Below are positions 18,285-26,455 of a stretch of 64,000 nucleotides of DNA, piece after piece. This DNA is from a virus. A program made the position numbers and the translations under genes. Below the pieces are notes generated by a model. The model was not told the origin of the DNA and did not search any database. It saw only the letters and a list, made by a program, of their open reading frames with translations. Position 1 is the stretch's first letter. The number at the start of each line of letters is the position of its first letter. The DNA lies in the IMG/VR virus record IMGVR_UViG_3300028073_000008, positions 64,001-128,000 of that record; one strand, given 5' to 3'.

Positions 18285-19772
18285 ATGAAAGGTCTTATTT
18301 TTAATATTTTGGGTTCACCGACCCGAACGCTAGGCGCATATCGTATAGCTCATTGTCTCAGAGAAGAAGGTTGGGACATCGAAGTTATCGACTTCTGCGA
18401 AGTTTGGGAGTTAGATGAATTACAAGAGTTAGCAAAATCCCGGATCGACAAAGACACTGTCTTTCTAGGATTTAGTTTTCTTTTCAGCAACATGTCTGAA
18501 AGATTTGAAAACTATATCAAATGGTTGAAAGTTACTTTCCCAGATGTATTGTTGATTTCAGGAGGACAAGTAGCTGCTCAGTTTGATACTAGTTCTTTTG
18601 ATTTACATATAAAAGGTTTCGGTGAACTAGCACTGTTAGAATTCCTTAGATGGTACAAAGGCAACGGACCTAGACCGAGATTTGATTTGTTATCAAAAGG
18701 GTGTAAGCTCATAGATGCTAACAAACAGTATCCGGCATATCCAATGAAGAGTCTCATGGTCAAGTATGAAGATAGAGATTTCATAGACTCAAACGAATGG
18801 TTGACTATAGAGTTTGCTCGAGGTTGTAAATTTAAATGTGACTTCTGTAACTTTCCAATCTTAGGAGTCAAGGGCGACTATAGCAGAGATGCCGAAGACG
18901 CTAGGATACAATTACAAGACAGCTATGATAGATTCGGAGTATCCAACTATCTCGTATCAGATGAAACATTTAATGACCGAACTGAAAAGATCAGCAAGTT
19001 CGCTGATGTTGTAGAACAGCTTTCATTCCGACCTTGGTTCTCAGGATTCGTCAGGGCAGATTTATTGATATCTCGTCCTAGAGATAGAGAAGAACTGCTT
19101 AGGATGAATTTCCTAGGACAGTATTATGGTATAGAAAGTTTCAACAGAGATGCTGCCAGGATAGTTGGCAAAGGAATGGATCCTGAAAAGATCAAACAAG
19201 GGTTGATAGATATAAAAAATTATTATCATTCAAATGGTACAAAATTGTATCGAGGATCTATTAGTTTGATCATAGGGTTAGCAAAAGAAAATAGAGAAAG
19301 CCTAGACAATACTATTAGATGGTTGACAGAGAATTGGAGTGGCGAATCATTCAGTCCGTTTGTATTAGAAGTGCCTATAGGTTCGTTCGATACAAAATCT
19401 TCGATAAGTTCAAACTATCAATCATATGGTTATAGATTGATGAAAGATTCTGATGTAAAACGCAGCGCAAACTTGAATGTCGGGTATGTTAGGAGAGAAA
19501 CAGCTCTTAGTGAAGACTGTCTAAAATGGGAGCATGACGATCTTAACATAGTAGAAGCTACCCAGATACAGGATGAATGGTTAGAAGTTAGAGATAATCC
19601 TAACAATAAATTCACTGTAAACTGTTTTAGTTTAAGCGATGTCGGTAGACACTTACCTATATCTGAAAAATTAAAACTGCCTCAAAAGGCAATCGACATG
19701 AGTACAGATTGGAATCATCCAGATTTCAAAGAACTGATGGCGAATTATAAGTTCAAAAAATTATCTTTGTGA
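18285..19772 (+). CDS. B12-binding-domain radical SAM protein (class B-like)
   Basis: N-terminal cobalamin-binding-like domain (LGAYRIA...ISGG...GFGE); ARGCKFKCDFC; DETFN; GIESF. Confidence 0.85.
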   Translation: MKGLIFNILGSPTRTLGAYRIAHCLREEGWDIEVIDFCEVWELDELQELAKSRIDKDTVFLGFSFLFSNMSERFENYIKWLKVTFPDVLLISGGQVAAQFDTSSFDLHIKGFGELALLEFLRWYKGNGPRPRFDLLSKGCKLIDANKQYPAYPMKSLMVKYEDRDFIDSNEWLTIEFARGCKFKCDFCNFPILGVKGDYSRDAEDARIQLQDSYDRFGVSNYLVSDETFNDRTEKISKFADVVEQLSFRPWFSGFVRADLLISRPRDREELLRMNFLGQYYGIESFNRDAARIVGKGMDPEKIKQGLIDIKNYYHSNGTKLYRGSISLIIGLAKENRESLDNTIRWLTENWSGESFSPFVLEVPIGSFDTKSSISSNYQSYGYRLMKDSDVKRSANLNVGYVRRETALSEDCLKWEHDDLNIVEATQIQDEWLEVRDNPNNKFTVNCFSLSDVGRHLPISEKLKLPQKAIDMSTDWNHPDFKELMANYKFKKLSL

Positions 19773-19801
19773 TTGACAGCAGTCAGTTAATGTAGTACAA
19801 T
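19773..19801 (+). promoter_or_regulatory. Sigma70-type promoter
   Basis: TTGACA-N17-TACAAT. Confidence 0.8.
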
Positions 19802-19813
19802 AATCAAACTTAG

Positions 19814-19891
19814 GGACAGGTGCCAGAGAGGTCCAATGGAACAGTCTGCAAAACTGTAAAGCCGTGGGTTCAAATCCCACCCTGTCCTCCA
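19814..19891 (+). tRNA. tRNA-Cys(GCA)
   Basis: acagt-CT-GCA-AA-actgt; U73-CCA. Confidence 0.92.
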
Positions 19892-19918
19892 CGTTGTTTG
19901 ACAATCAAATCAGTTAAT

Positions 19919-19993
19919 GCTCCGGTCGTCTATCGGTCAGGACGCTGCCCTTTCAAGGCGGAAAGAGGGGTTCGACTCCCCTTCGGAGTACCA
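19919..19993 (+). tRNA. tRNA-Glu(TTC)
   Basis: ctgcc-CT-TTC-AA-ggcgg; ACCA. Confidence 0.92.
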
Positions 19994-19999
19994 TTTAAT

Positions 20000-20075
20000 G
20001 CGGGCGTAGCTCAGTTGGTAGAGCATTACCTTGCCAAGGTAAATGTCGTCGGTTCGAACCCGATCGCCCGCTCCA
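20000..20075 (+). tRNA. tRNA-Gly(GCC)
   Basis: ttacc-TT-GCC-AA-ggtaa; TCCA. Confidence 0.95.
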
Positions 20076-20130
20076 ATTTTTTAAAGGAGGAAACTATCAT
20101 GGGAGATGATGGTAAATCTGGTAAACGTTT

Positions 20131-20206
20131 GGGCCCTTAGCTCAGTAGGTAGAGCAGCGGACTTTTAATCCGTTGGTCGTGAGTTCGAATCTCACAGGGC
20201 CCACCA
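20131..20206 (+). tRNA. tRNA-Lys(TTT)
   Basis: gcgga-CT-TTT-AA-tccgt; ACCA. Confidence 0.95.
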
Positions 20207-20210
20207 TTAC

Positions 20211-20297
20211 CATATTGAAATATACTGTAGCGGGTTCGCAAGTATGAGTCGCATTCTAAAGAGTGTCCTTGAACTGAATATAGTGTATTTCAATATG
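20211..20297 (+). ncRNA. Unassigned long-stem RNA
   Basis: 19-bp closing helix (20211-29/20279-97) containing two G-U pairs. Confidence 0.5.
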
Positions 20298-20302
20298 TTA
20301 AT

Positions 20303-20378
20303 GGCAGTATAGCATAGCGGCTAATGCGGCACCTTCATACGGTGTATATCGTAGGTTCGAGTCCTACTACTGCTACCA
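20303..20378 (+). tRNA. tRNA-Met(CAT), elongator
   Basis: gcacc-TT-CAT-AC-ggtgt; ACCA. Confidence 0.85.
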
Positions 20379-20387
20379 TAAAAATTC

Positions 20388-20463
20388 GGGCCAGTAGCTC
20401 ATCTGGGAGAGCGCCTCGTTTGCACCGAGGAGGTAGCGGGTTCAAGTCCTGTCTGGTCCACCA
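20388..20463 (+). tRNA. tRNA-Ala(TGC)
   Basis: G3:U70; cctcg-TT-TGC-AC-cgagg. Confidence 0.93.
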
Positions 20464-20469
20464 TGTTAT

Positions 20470-20544
20470 GGCTCGTTCATATAGTGGCTATTATGCCTGC
20501 CTGTCTAGCAGGACATAGGGGTTCGATTCCCCTACGAGTCGCCA
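20470..20544 (+). tRNA. tRNA-Asp(GTC)
   Basis: cctgc-CT-GTC-TA-gcagg; GCCA. Confidence 0.92.
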
Positions 20545-20551
20545 ACTCTAT

Positions 20552-20627
20552 TCCGGAGTAGCACAGAGGTAGTTGCAGCGGACTGTTAATCCGCGTGTCG
20601 TTGGTTCGATCCCAACCTCCGGAGCCA
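20552..20627 (+). tRNA. tRNA-Asn(GTT)
   Basis: gcgga-CT-GTT-AA-tccgc; GCCA. Confidence 0.93.
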
Positions 20628-20630
20628 AGT

Positions 20631-20845
20631 TTTGAGAGTGTCAGCAAGAGAAAGACACGCTGGTTAGGTTTCTTCGAAGGACCGACCCAGTAGAAGGTGG
20701 CGGGTTCGATGCCCGGCGGATCGGAAGATCCGTGTACAAGGTGGCGTACTATCTGGTCCGGTATCCCGAGTGACGTACCGAGTCCCGCTAGCTAATCCGG
20801 AGAAGGGTGAATGGTAGCAATAACGATGGTGCTACAACTCTCAAA
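20631..20845 (+). ncRNA. Unassigned ~215-nt multibranch structured RNA
   Basis: Closing TTTGAGAGT/ACTCTCAAA; internal helices GCGGG/CCCGC, CGGATC-GGAA-GATCCG, CGGTA/TACCG; GC-rich in AT-rich genome. Confidence 0.6.
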
Positions 20846-20853
20846 TTCATTAT

Positions 20854-20928
20854 TGGGGAATCGTCTAATCGGTAGGACACCTGACTTTGACTCAGGCAGT
20901 ATTGGTTCGAGTCCAGTTTCCCCAGCCA
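20854..20928 (+). tRNA. tRNA-Gln(TTG)
   Basis: cctga-CT-TTG-AC-tcagg; GCCA. Confidence 0.92.
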
Positions 20929-20929
20929 C

Positions 20930-21004
20930 ACCGGAGTAGCTCAGAGGTAGAGCAGCGGCCCGATAAGCCGTTGGTCGTTGGTTCAATTCCAACCTTCGGT
21001 ACCA
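20930..21004 (+). tRNA. tRNA-Ile(GAT) (C33 instead of U33)
   Basis: gcggc-CC-GAT-AA-gccgt; ACCA. Confidence 0.88.
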
Positions 21005-21012
21005 GAATACGG

Positions 21013-21041
21013 TTGACACAGTCAACAAAAGACTACATAAT
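21013..21041 (+). promoter_or_regulatory. Sigma70-type promoter
   Basis: TTGACA-N17-CATAAT. Confidence 0.75.
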
Positions 21042-21050
21042 ATAAACAAT

Positions 21051-21133
21051 GCCCCGATGGTGGAATTGGTAGACACGCTGGTCTTAGAAGCCAGTACTTC
21101 GGTGTGCGAGTTCGAGTCTCGCTTGGGGCACCA
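21051..21133 (+). tRNA. tRNA-Leu(TAG)
   Basis: ctggt-CT-TAG-AA-gccag; V arm; ACCA. Confidence 0.93.
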
Positions 21134-21276
21134 TTAGTTAGTAGCATAGCTCGTCGGCCTACGATCAAGGCTAACCTTGTCCGAAGCGGGAAGCCTATGA
21201 TACTAGTAACTGGTCTGTGTAACAGATCAACAATAGGTAGCAAGAGGATAGTAAACTATGCTACTAACTAATGGTG
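21129..21276 (+). ncRNA. Unassigned RNA closed by a perfect 21-bp inverted repeat
   Basis: CACCATTAGTTAGTAGCATAG (21129-49) / CTATGCTACTAACTAATGGTG (21256-76). Confidence 0.55.
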
Positions 21277-21284
21277 AAAGTTTA

Positions 21285-21359
21285 GGGTGATTAGCTCAGT
21301 GGTAGAGCGCCTCGTTTACACCGAGGATGTCGGGAGTTCGACCCTCTCATCACCCACCA
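21285..21359 (+). tRNA. tRNA-Val(TAC)
   Basis: cctcg-TT-TAC-AC-cgagg; ACCA. Confidence 0.95.
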
Positions 21360-21364
21360 ATTAT

Positions 21365-21454
21365 GGAAGTGTGGTCGAGTCTGGTTTATGGCAACGGTCT
21401 TGAAAACCGTCGAACCGAAAGGTTCCGTGAGTTCGAATCTCACCGCTTCCGCCA
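21365..21454 (+). tRNA. tRNA-Ser(TGA)
   Basis: acggt-CT-TGA-AA-accgt; long V arm; GCCA. Confidence 0.95.
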
Positions 21455-21468
21455 TATTAAATAGTATC

Positions 21469-22257
21469 ATGAAAGCTATAAAGATACTGATCTGCGGACT
21501 GCCAGGAGCAGGTAAAACAACACTGGCTAAAGCATTACAATCTAGATTAGGTGATACCGAACACCTAGAAGCAGATGCTGTTAGAAAACGGTTTGATGAT
21601 TGGGACTTCAGTGAAGAAGGACGAATCAGGCAAAGCTTCAGGATGAAACTGCTGTCAGATGAAAGCGAAGCACGTTACGTGATCGCCGACTTCATAGCAC
21701 CTCTAGAAGCTACTAGAAAAAACTATTCAGCAGATTGGACCATTTGGGTTGACACTATCCGCGAAGGCAGATATGAAGATACCAACAAGATGTTCCAAGA
21801 ACCAGACATATATGATTTCCGTATCACTGAACAAGATGCTGAAAAATGGGCAGCGTTTATCTCTGATCATATATTGGCCGATCGCAGACGTCCTGTATGG
21901 AATAATCGCAAAGAAACTGTACAGATGTTAGGTCGTTGGCAACCATGGCATGATGGGCATCGTGCTCTATTCGAAAGAGCGTTGGCCAAGACTGGTCAAG
22001 TCTGTATCATGGTGCGTGATTGCCAAGGTTGGAATGATAGTAATCCGTTCAACTTCTACGATGTGGCTAGATTTATCAAGAGAGATCTAGATCCTTTGTA
22101 TCAAGGTCAATTCCAAATCGTGCTTGTGCCTAATATCGTGAACATCACGTATGGTAGGGATGTAGGTTACAAGATCGAACAAGAACATTTTGATCAATCT
22201 ATCACTGATATCTCTGCTACAAAGATAAGAGAATCGTTGAATATCAAGAAGGATTGA
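21469..22257 (+). CDS. Adenylylsulfate-kinase-like P-loop domain fused to HIGH-type nucleotidyltransferase domain
   Basis: GLPGAGKTT...DAVRK..DFSEEGR; C-terminal GRWQPWHDGH...ISATKIR; start corrected to avoid tRNA overlap. Confidence 0.75.
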   Translation: MKAIKILICGLPGAGKTTLAKALQSRLGDTEHLEADAVRKRFDDWDFSEEGRIRQSFRMKLLSDESEARYVIADFIAPLEATRKNYSADWTIWVDTIREGRYEDTNKMFQEPDIYDFRITEQDAEKWAAFISDHILADRRRPVWNNRKETVQMLGRWQPWHDGHRALFERALAKTGQVCIMVRDCQGWNDSNPFNFYDVARFIKRDLDPLYQGQFQIVLVPNIVNITYGRDVGYKIEQEHFDQSITDISATKIRESLNIKKD

Positions 22258-22258
22258 T

Positions 22259-22900
22259 ATGAGTAGCGTTGTTGTTACAGGTGAAAAGAACATAGCGTTC
22301 GTACACAATCCCAAAGTGGCTGGTATGAGTATCAAGAGTTGGTTGATATCTAACAGAAAGAACAGCACGTATCAAGAATTTGATCTCAAAGTAACGTTCA
22401 ATGATCTAAAAAACACAGTAGACAATTTGCCATTTAGCTTTAGCATAGTTAGAAACCCTTGGGACCGCATGGTCAGTGGTTACTATGAACTGCGTAGATG
22501 GTATGATAATCCAGGAAAAGCCAGCCAAGACAATTTAAATTTTGTCCGAGACTATTTTAATAGATCTCCGTTTCCATCTTTCGATCAGTTTATGAACGAA
22601 TTTCCACAAGACGAAATGTGGTCTGTGTTATATCCTATGCTGTCTCCATATCCTCCTACATGGCCTAAAGGTGCCGTGACACAGAAGCAGTATGTTGACG
22701 GTGTAAATTTGATATTGCGATATGAAAATATCGAAGAAGATTTCAAACAGATACAAAAGATCTATGATTGTGATGTGCCATTGCCCATGATCAATACTTC
22801 CGAAAATAATGACTATAGATCATACTACAACGATAGGACTAAAGCCATAGTAGCTGCGTTCTTCCAAGAAGACATAGACACATTCAGATACAGTTTCTAA
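22259..22900 (+). CDS. Sulfotransferase family 2 protein
   Basis: FVHNPKVAGMS (5'-PSB) and VRNPWDRMVSGY (3'-PB). Confidence 0.85.
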   Translation: MSSVVVTGEKNIAFVHNPKVAGMSIKSWLISNRKNSTYQEFDLKVTFNDLKNTVDNLPFSFSIVRNPWDRMVSGYYELRRWYDNPGKASQDNLNFVRDYFNRSPFPSFDQFMNEFPQDEMWSVLYPMLSPYPPTWPKGAVTQKQYVDGVNLILRYENIEEDFKQIQKIYDCDVPLPMINTSENNDYRSYYNDRTKAIVAAFFQEDIDTFRYSF

Positions 22901-22961
22901 AATCTTATACCACGATAAGTATCATTGTTCCGCAGTGCGGTAAAAAACAAGGAGGACTATC

Positions 22962-23381
22962 ATGAGTATCATGGACTTTATCCATAAGATAGAACAAGTC
23001 AGTGAAACTGCTGCTAGAAGACTGTCTCATCGTGCTTTACACGCGGCCGCAACTGTCTATAGTGATGCTAAAGAATTAGCCGACAAGTCGGCCAAGGACG
23101 TAGACAAAGCCAAGGCCAAACTAGAAGATGCCATGAAGAAGGCATATCAACACGCCGATGCTGCCCATTCAGCCGCAGTCGACGCATATGAAAAAGCCAA
23201 TGCTGAAGCACAAAGATTGGCACAAGAAGTCGAAGACGCTGCTTTCGAAGCAGCAAATAAACTGAATGCTCTTATCAATGCTGGGTTACAACCTATTCCC
23301 GGCAAAGAAGAGAAAAAAGAAGAACCAGAACCTTATTCTAGAGCAAATGCTGTAGACAAAGATTCTGTTTCAGTGTTATAA
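22962..23381 (+). CDS. Ala/Lys-rich helical hypothetical protein
   Basis: AGGAGG SD; 139 aa. Confidence 0.75.
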   Translation: MSIMDFIHKIEQVSETAARRLSHRALHAAATVYSDAKELADKSAKDVDKAKAKLEDAMKKAYQHADAAHSAAVDAYEKANAEAQRLAQEVEDAAFEAANKLNALINAGLQPIPGKEEKKEEPEPYSRANAVDKDSVSVL

Positions 23382-23390
23382 TAGAACATT

Positions 23391-23482
23391 GGTGAGGTGG
23401 ATGAGAGGCTTAAATCAGCAGTTTGCTAAACTGTCGTAGGCAGAAATGTCTACCGCGGGTTCGAATCCCGCCCTCACCGCCA
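23391..23482 (+). tRNA. tRNA-Ser(GCT)
   Basis: gcagt-TT-GCT-AA-actgt; long V arm; GCCA. Confidence 0.95.
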
Positions 23483-23505
23483 AGTTCAAATATAAGTAAG
23501 AATAC

Positions 23506-23581
23506 GCTGCTTTAGCTCAGCCGGTAGAGCAACTGCCTTGTAAGCAGTAGGTCGTCAGTTCGAATCCGACAAGCAGCACCA
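23506..23581 (+). tRNA. tRNA-Thr(TGT)
   Basis: actgc-CT-TGT-AA-gcagt; ACCA. Confidence 0.95.
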
Positions 23582-23595
23582 TAATAAGGCAATAG

Positions 23596-24213
23596 ATGAA
23601 ATACGCTTATATCAATCCAACTGTGATAGCTGTAGACGACCTGCCAGCAGATGTCTTTGCCTATCTCAAGAACATGGTAGATACAGCGCATCAAATGACT
23701 CAGTTCAACGATGCTGGAGATCAATCCATTAGCATTAGAGGCGGTCAACAGATACAGCTATTGCCTAACGACTTTGGTCAGGATGTCACTGTATTGAAAA
23801 GTTTCGTGGAACAACGATGCTATGATTACATGGATACACTGACTAGACAATCGGGTAAACCTGATCTAGTCAATCTTGAACCAGAACTTGTGAGTGCCTG
23901 GACTATCAGACAAACAGCTGGTAACTATCAGGCCTTACATACACATAACGCACATATCAGCGGCAACATCTACATAGATGTTCCAGACCTAGATCCAGGA
24001 AGTCAATCTTCAGATGCCAATCTAGAATTTAGATTTCCTGTGGTCAAGGATCCCAGCAAGTTTACTTTTATAGATCAATTGAGATTTTCTCCGCGACCCA
24101 TGATGATGGTCATGTTTCCTAGCTATCTTCCACATACAGTATACCCGTGGAATGGACAAGGACACAGAACTATTTTGGCATGGGACGTGAAATTAAAGCC
24201 AAAAATGGCTTGA
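23596..24213 (+). CDS. Putative 2OG-Fe(II) oxygenase (phage TIGR02466-like)
   Basis: W...HTH...ISG..Y...FPSYLPHTVYP...R. Confidence 0.8.
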   Translation: MKYAYINPTVIAVDDLPADVFAYLKNMVDTAHQMTQFNDAGDQSISIRGGQQIQLLPNDFGQDVTVLKSFVEQRCYDYMDTLTRQSGKPDLVNLEPELVSAWTIRQTAGNYQALHTHNAHISGNIYIDVPDLDPGSQSSDANLEFRFPVVKDPSKFTFIDQLRFSPRPMMMVMFPSYLPHTVYPWNGQGHRTILAWDVKLKPKMA

Positions 24214-24238
24214 CAGCATACACAAAATATCGTATTAT
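24210..24238 (+). promoter_or_regulatory. Sigma70-type promoter
   Basis: TTGACA-N17-TATTAT. Confidence 0.75.
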
Positions 24239-24242
24239 AGAG

Positions 24243-24510
24243 TTGTTGCGTAGGAAACTGCGCAGCCGGCGAGGTAAAGGGTAGATGAGGATAGACAATC
24301 GTTCGGCTTCATGCCGAGCTCCAATACTGGCAAACAGTCTTGAAAACTGTCCGTGCTTGTGTGTTCCGATACCAAAATAGAATGTCTGTTGATAGTCGGA
24401 AATAAGCAGGCCTCTGTGCTATGTACATTGAGGTTTGTCAAAGGCGTTATCGTTGATCCGCCCCTGTCAGTTGTCCGGTCTATTACTTGACCTTTTACCA
24501 ACCCGTTATT
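24243..24510 (+). ncRNA. Unassigned ~270-nt structured RNA/leader
   Basis: GGTAAAGGGT/ACCTTTTACC and ATAGAC/GTCTAT long-range helices, several hairpins; directly after promoter. Confidence 0.55.
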
Positions 24511-24527
24511 AATCAAAGGAAAAAGAA

Positions 24528-25100
24528 ATGAACATCACTCTACGCAAGGCAAACGCACTACAAACAGCAATCAATGATGCTATCCGTAGCATCAAGGTCG
24601 AAACTTCGATCGAACTGAACGAATTCCAAGATGTAGCAGCAGAATTGAAAGCTGCCAATGACCAACTGTTTGCCAGCGATGCTCGTAGACAGAAGTTGCT
24701 GTTGGCTCTTTACAACATCCGCGGTCTAGTAGCCGCAGCCAACGCTACTAATGACATCGATCTCAACCTAACCAAGGCTGCGTTCATCGACAAGCGCATC
24801 GGCCAGTTGGAAGAAATGGCTAACCAAAAGCCAGTGACTGATGTCGCTGTGCTCACAGGCAAGCTGGAAAAGATCAAGAATGACAAGGGCGAACATCGTA
24901 GCCGCATTTACGGCTACAGCGATACTGTCGCTACTTCTGTGCTCAGCCAGGAACAGATCGACAAGGTCAAGGCTGAGATCTTGAATCTCAAGAAGCAGAA
25001 GCAAAAGATCAACGATTCTATCTTGGAAGCTAACATCAAGACAGAAATTCCGTTGAGCGACGATGTCGCAGAAACATTGAAAGTAGAAAATCTACTGTAA
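24528..25100 (+). CDS. Coiled-coil hypothetical protein
   Basis: AAGGA SD; 190 aa. Confidence 0.8.
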   Translation: MNITLRKANALQTAINDAIRSIKVETSIELNEFQDVAAELKAANDQLFASDARRQKLLLALYNIRGLVAAANATNDIDLNLTKAAFIDKRIGQLEEMANQKPVTDVAVLTGKLEKIKNDKGEHRSRIYGYSDTVATSVLSQEQIDKVKAEILNLKKQKQKINDSILEANIKTEIPLSDDVAETLKVENLL

Positions 25101-25106
25101 GTTTAT

Positions 25107-25181
25107 AGCAGGGTAGAGAAGCAGTAACTCACCAGGTTCATACCCTGGAGATCGGTGGTGCGATTCCACCCCCTGCAACCA
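25107..25181 (+). tRNA. tRNA-Met(CAT), initiator-like
   Basis: A1:A72 mismatch; ccagg-TT-CAT-AC-cctgg; ACCA. Confidence 0.75.
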
Positions 25182-25185
25182 GTTT

Positions 25186-25262
25186 CGGAGTGTAGCGCAG
25201 CCTGGTAGCGCAACTGGTTTGGGACCAGTGGGTCGGGAGTTCGAATCTCTCCACTCCGACCA
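25186..25262 (+). tRNA. tRNA-Pro(TGG)
   Basis: actgg-TT-TGG-GA-ccagt; ACCA. Confidence 0.95.
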
Positions 25263-25277
25263 TTTATTGAGGTATAT

Positions 25278-25625
25278 ATGAGTGACGGCGGCAAAGGTAG
25301 TAAACCAAGACCATTTAGTGTTGATCAAAAGACATTCGATAATAACTGGGATAATATCTTTAACAGAAAAAAGAAAACAGACGCAGAACTGTTTGATGAA
25401 GCTGTCATGAAAGATGAATACTACGATTTGGAGAATGAAATGCAGATGCCTGTAGAAGAAAACGCAGATGAAATTGGTAAATGTGGTTGTGGTCGCAGCC
25501 CCACTGGTAAGTGTATCGGTTGGCATGGACTGACCGAAGAAGACTATCGAGTCAAGCTAGCAGAATGGGAAGAAAAGAAACTAAGCGATCGCAAAGTCGC
25601 AGCCAGCTATATCAAAGAAGATTAA
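25278..25625 (+). CDS. Protein with CDGSH-type iron-sulfur/zinc finger
   Basis: CGCGRSPTGKCIGWH. Confidence 0.75.
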   Translation: MSDGGKGSKPRPFSVDQKTFDNNWDNIFNRKKKTDAELFDEAVMKDEYYDLENEMQMPVEENADEIGKCGCGRSPTGKCIGWHGLTEEDYRVKLAEWEEKKLSDRKVAASYIKED

Positions 25626-25632
25626 TAAAAAT

Positions 25633-25708
25633 GCGGGTGTAACTCAGTTGGTAGAGTGATAGCCTTCCAAGCTATATGTCGCGAGTTCGAACCTCGTCGC
25701 CCGCTCCA
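25633..25708 (+). tRNA. tRNA-Gly(TCC)
   Basis: atagc-CT-TCC-AA-gctat; TCCA. Confidence 0.95.
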
Positions 25709-25719
25709 GGATTTTTTCT

Positions 25720-26289
25720 ATGATACCGGTCATCGATAGTAACGACATCTTTAAGACATATGATTTCAGTTCTGTCATAACACAACAGGATGTCGATCAG
25801 GCTATTTCTAGTATCGAGCGTGTCATAGCAGATGGTAACTATTTTGAAAATAGTCCCAAGTTCCAAACCAAAGAAAACATATTCCAAAGACCAGAATCCT
25901 GTTGGTTGAAGTTTCGTATGAGCTTTATATTCAGTGTGTTCATGTATCTAGGACGTGAAGCAAAGATATCAAATATGATGGCTTGGTCATTTATGACCAA
26001 TCTACACGGTGCCGAGGATCGAGATAAACTTTGGCATCATCATCACCATAAAACAAATACTAACATGCTCAGTGGCATAATGTATCTTCATATACCCGAC
26101 GATGTTACCAATCGGGATACCTGCGGAACAGAAATGGCTCCAAACGGTCTAGAATCAGATGACAGACTGTTTATTAGACCATATAATTATACTTGGTTGA
26201 TATATCCAAGCAGGATATGGCACCGCCCGGGAATAGTACAGAGTAACAACTATAGATTCGTATTAGCAGGAGATATCGAATACAGTTAA
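25720..26289 (+). CDS. Putative 2OG-Fe(II) oxygenase-like protein
   Basis: WHHH...LSGIMYL...YPSRIWHRP...R. Confidence 0.7.
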   Translation: MIPVIDSNDIFKTYDFSSVITQQDVDQAISSIERVIADGNYFENSPKFQTKENIFQRPESCWLKFRMSFIFSVFMYLGREAKISNMMAWSFMTNLHGAEDRDKLWHHHHHKTNTNMLSGIMYLHIPDDVTNRDTCGTEMAPNGLESDDRLFIRPYNYTWLIYPSRIWHRPGIVQSNNYRFVLAGDIEYS

Positions 26290-26295
26290 AAACAT

Positions 26296-26373
26296 CTGCC
26301 CGTAGCTCAGCCGGATTAGAGCAACAGCCTTCTAAGCTGTGGGTCGGGGGTTCGAATCCCTCCGGGCAGGCCA
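26296..26373 (+). tRNA. tRNA-Arg(TCT)
   Basis: acagc-CT-TCT-AA-gctgt; GCCA. Confidence 0.95.
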
Positions 26374-26376
26374 CTA

Positions 26377-26452
26377 CTCTCCGTAGTTCAACAGGATAGA
26401 ACAAGACACTCCTAAGGTTTAGATGGCTGTTCGAGTCAGCCCGGGGAGGCCA
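26377..26452 (+). tRNA. tRNA-Arg(CCT)
   Basis: CT-CCT-AA loop, weak anticodon stem; T arm and GCCA intact. Confidence 0.8.
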
Positions 26453-26455
26453 AAT

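Noticed and set aside
26032-26049. His6 run in the 25720 protein
   Set aside because: A natural expansion of the metal-binding HxH motif with mixed CAT/CAC codons, not an engineered tag.
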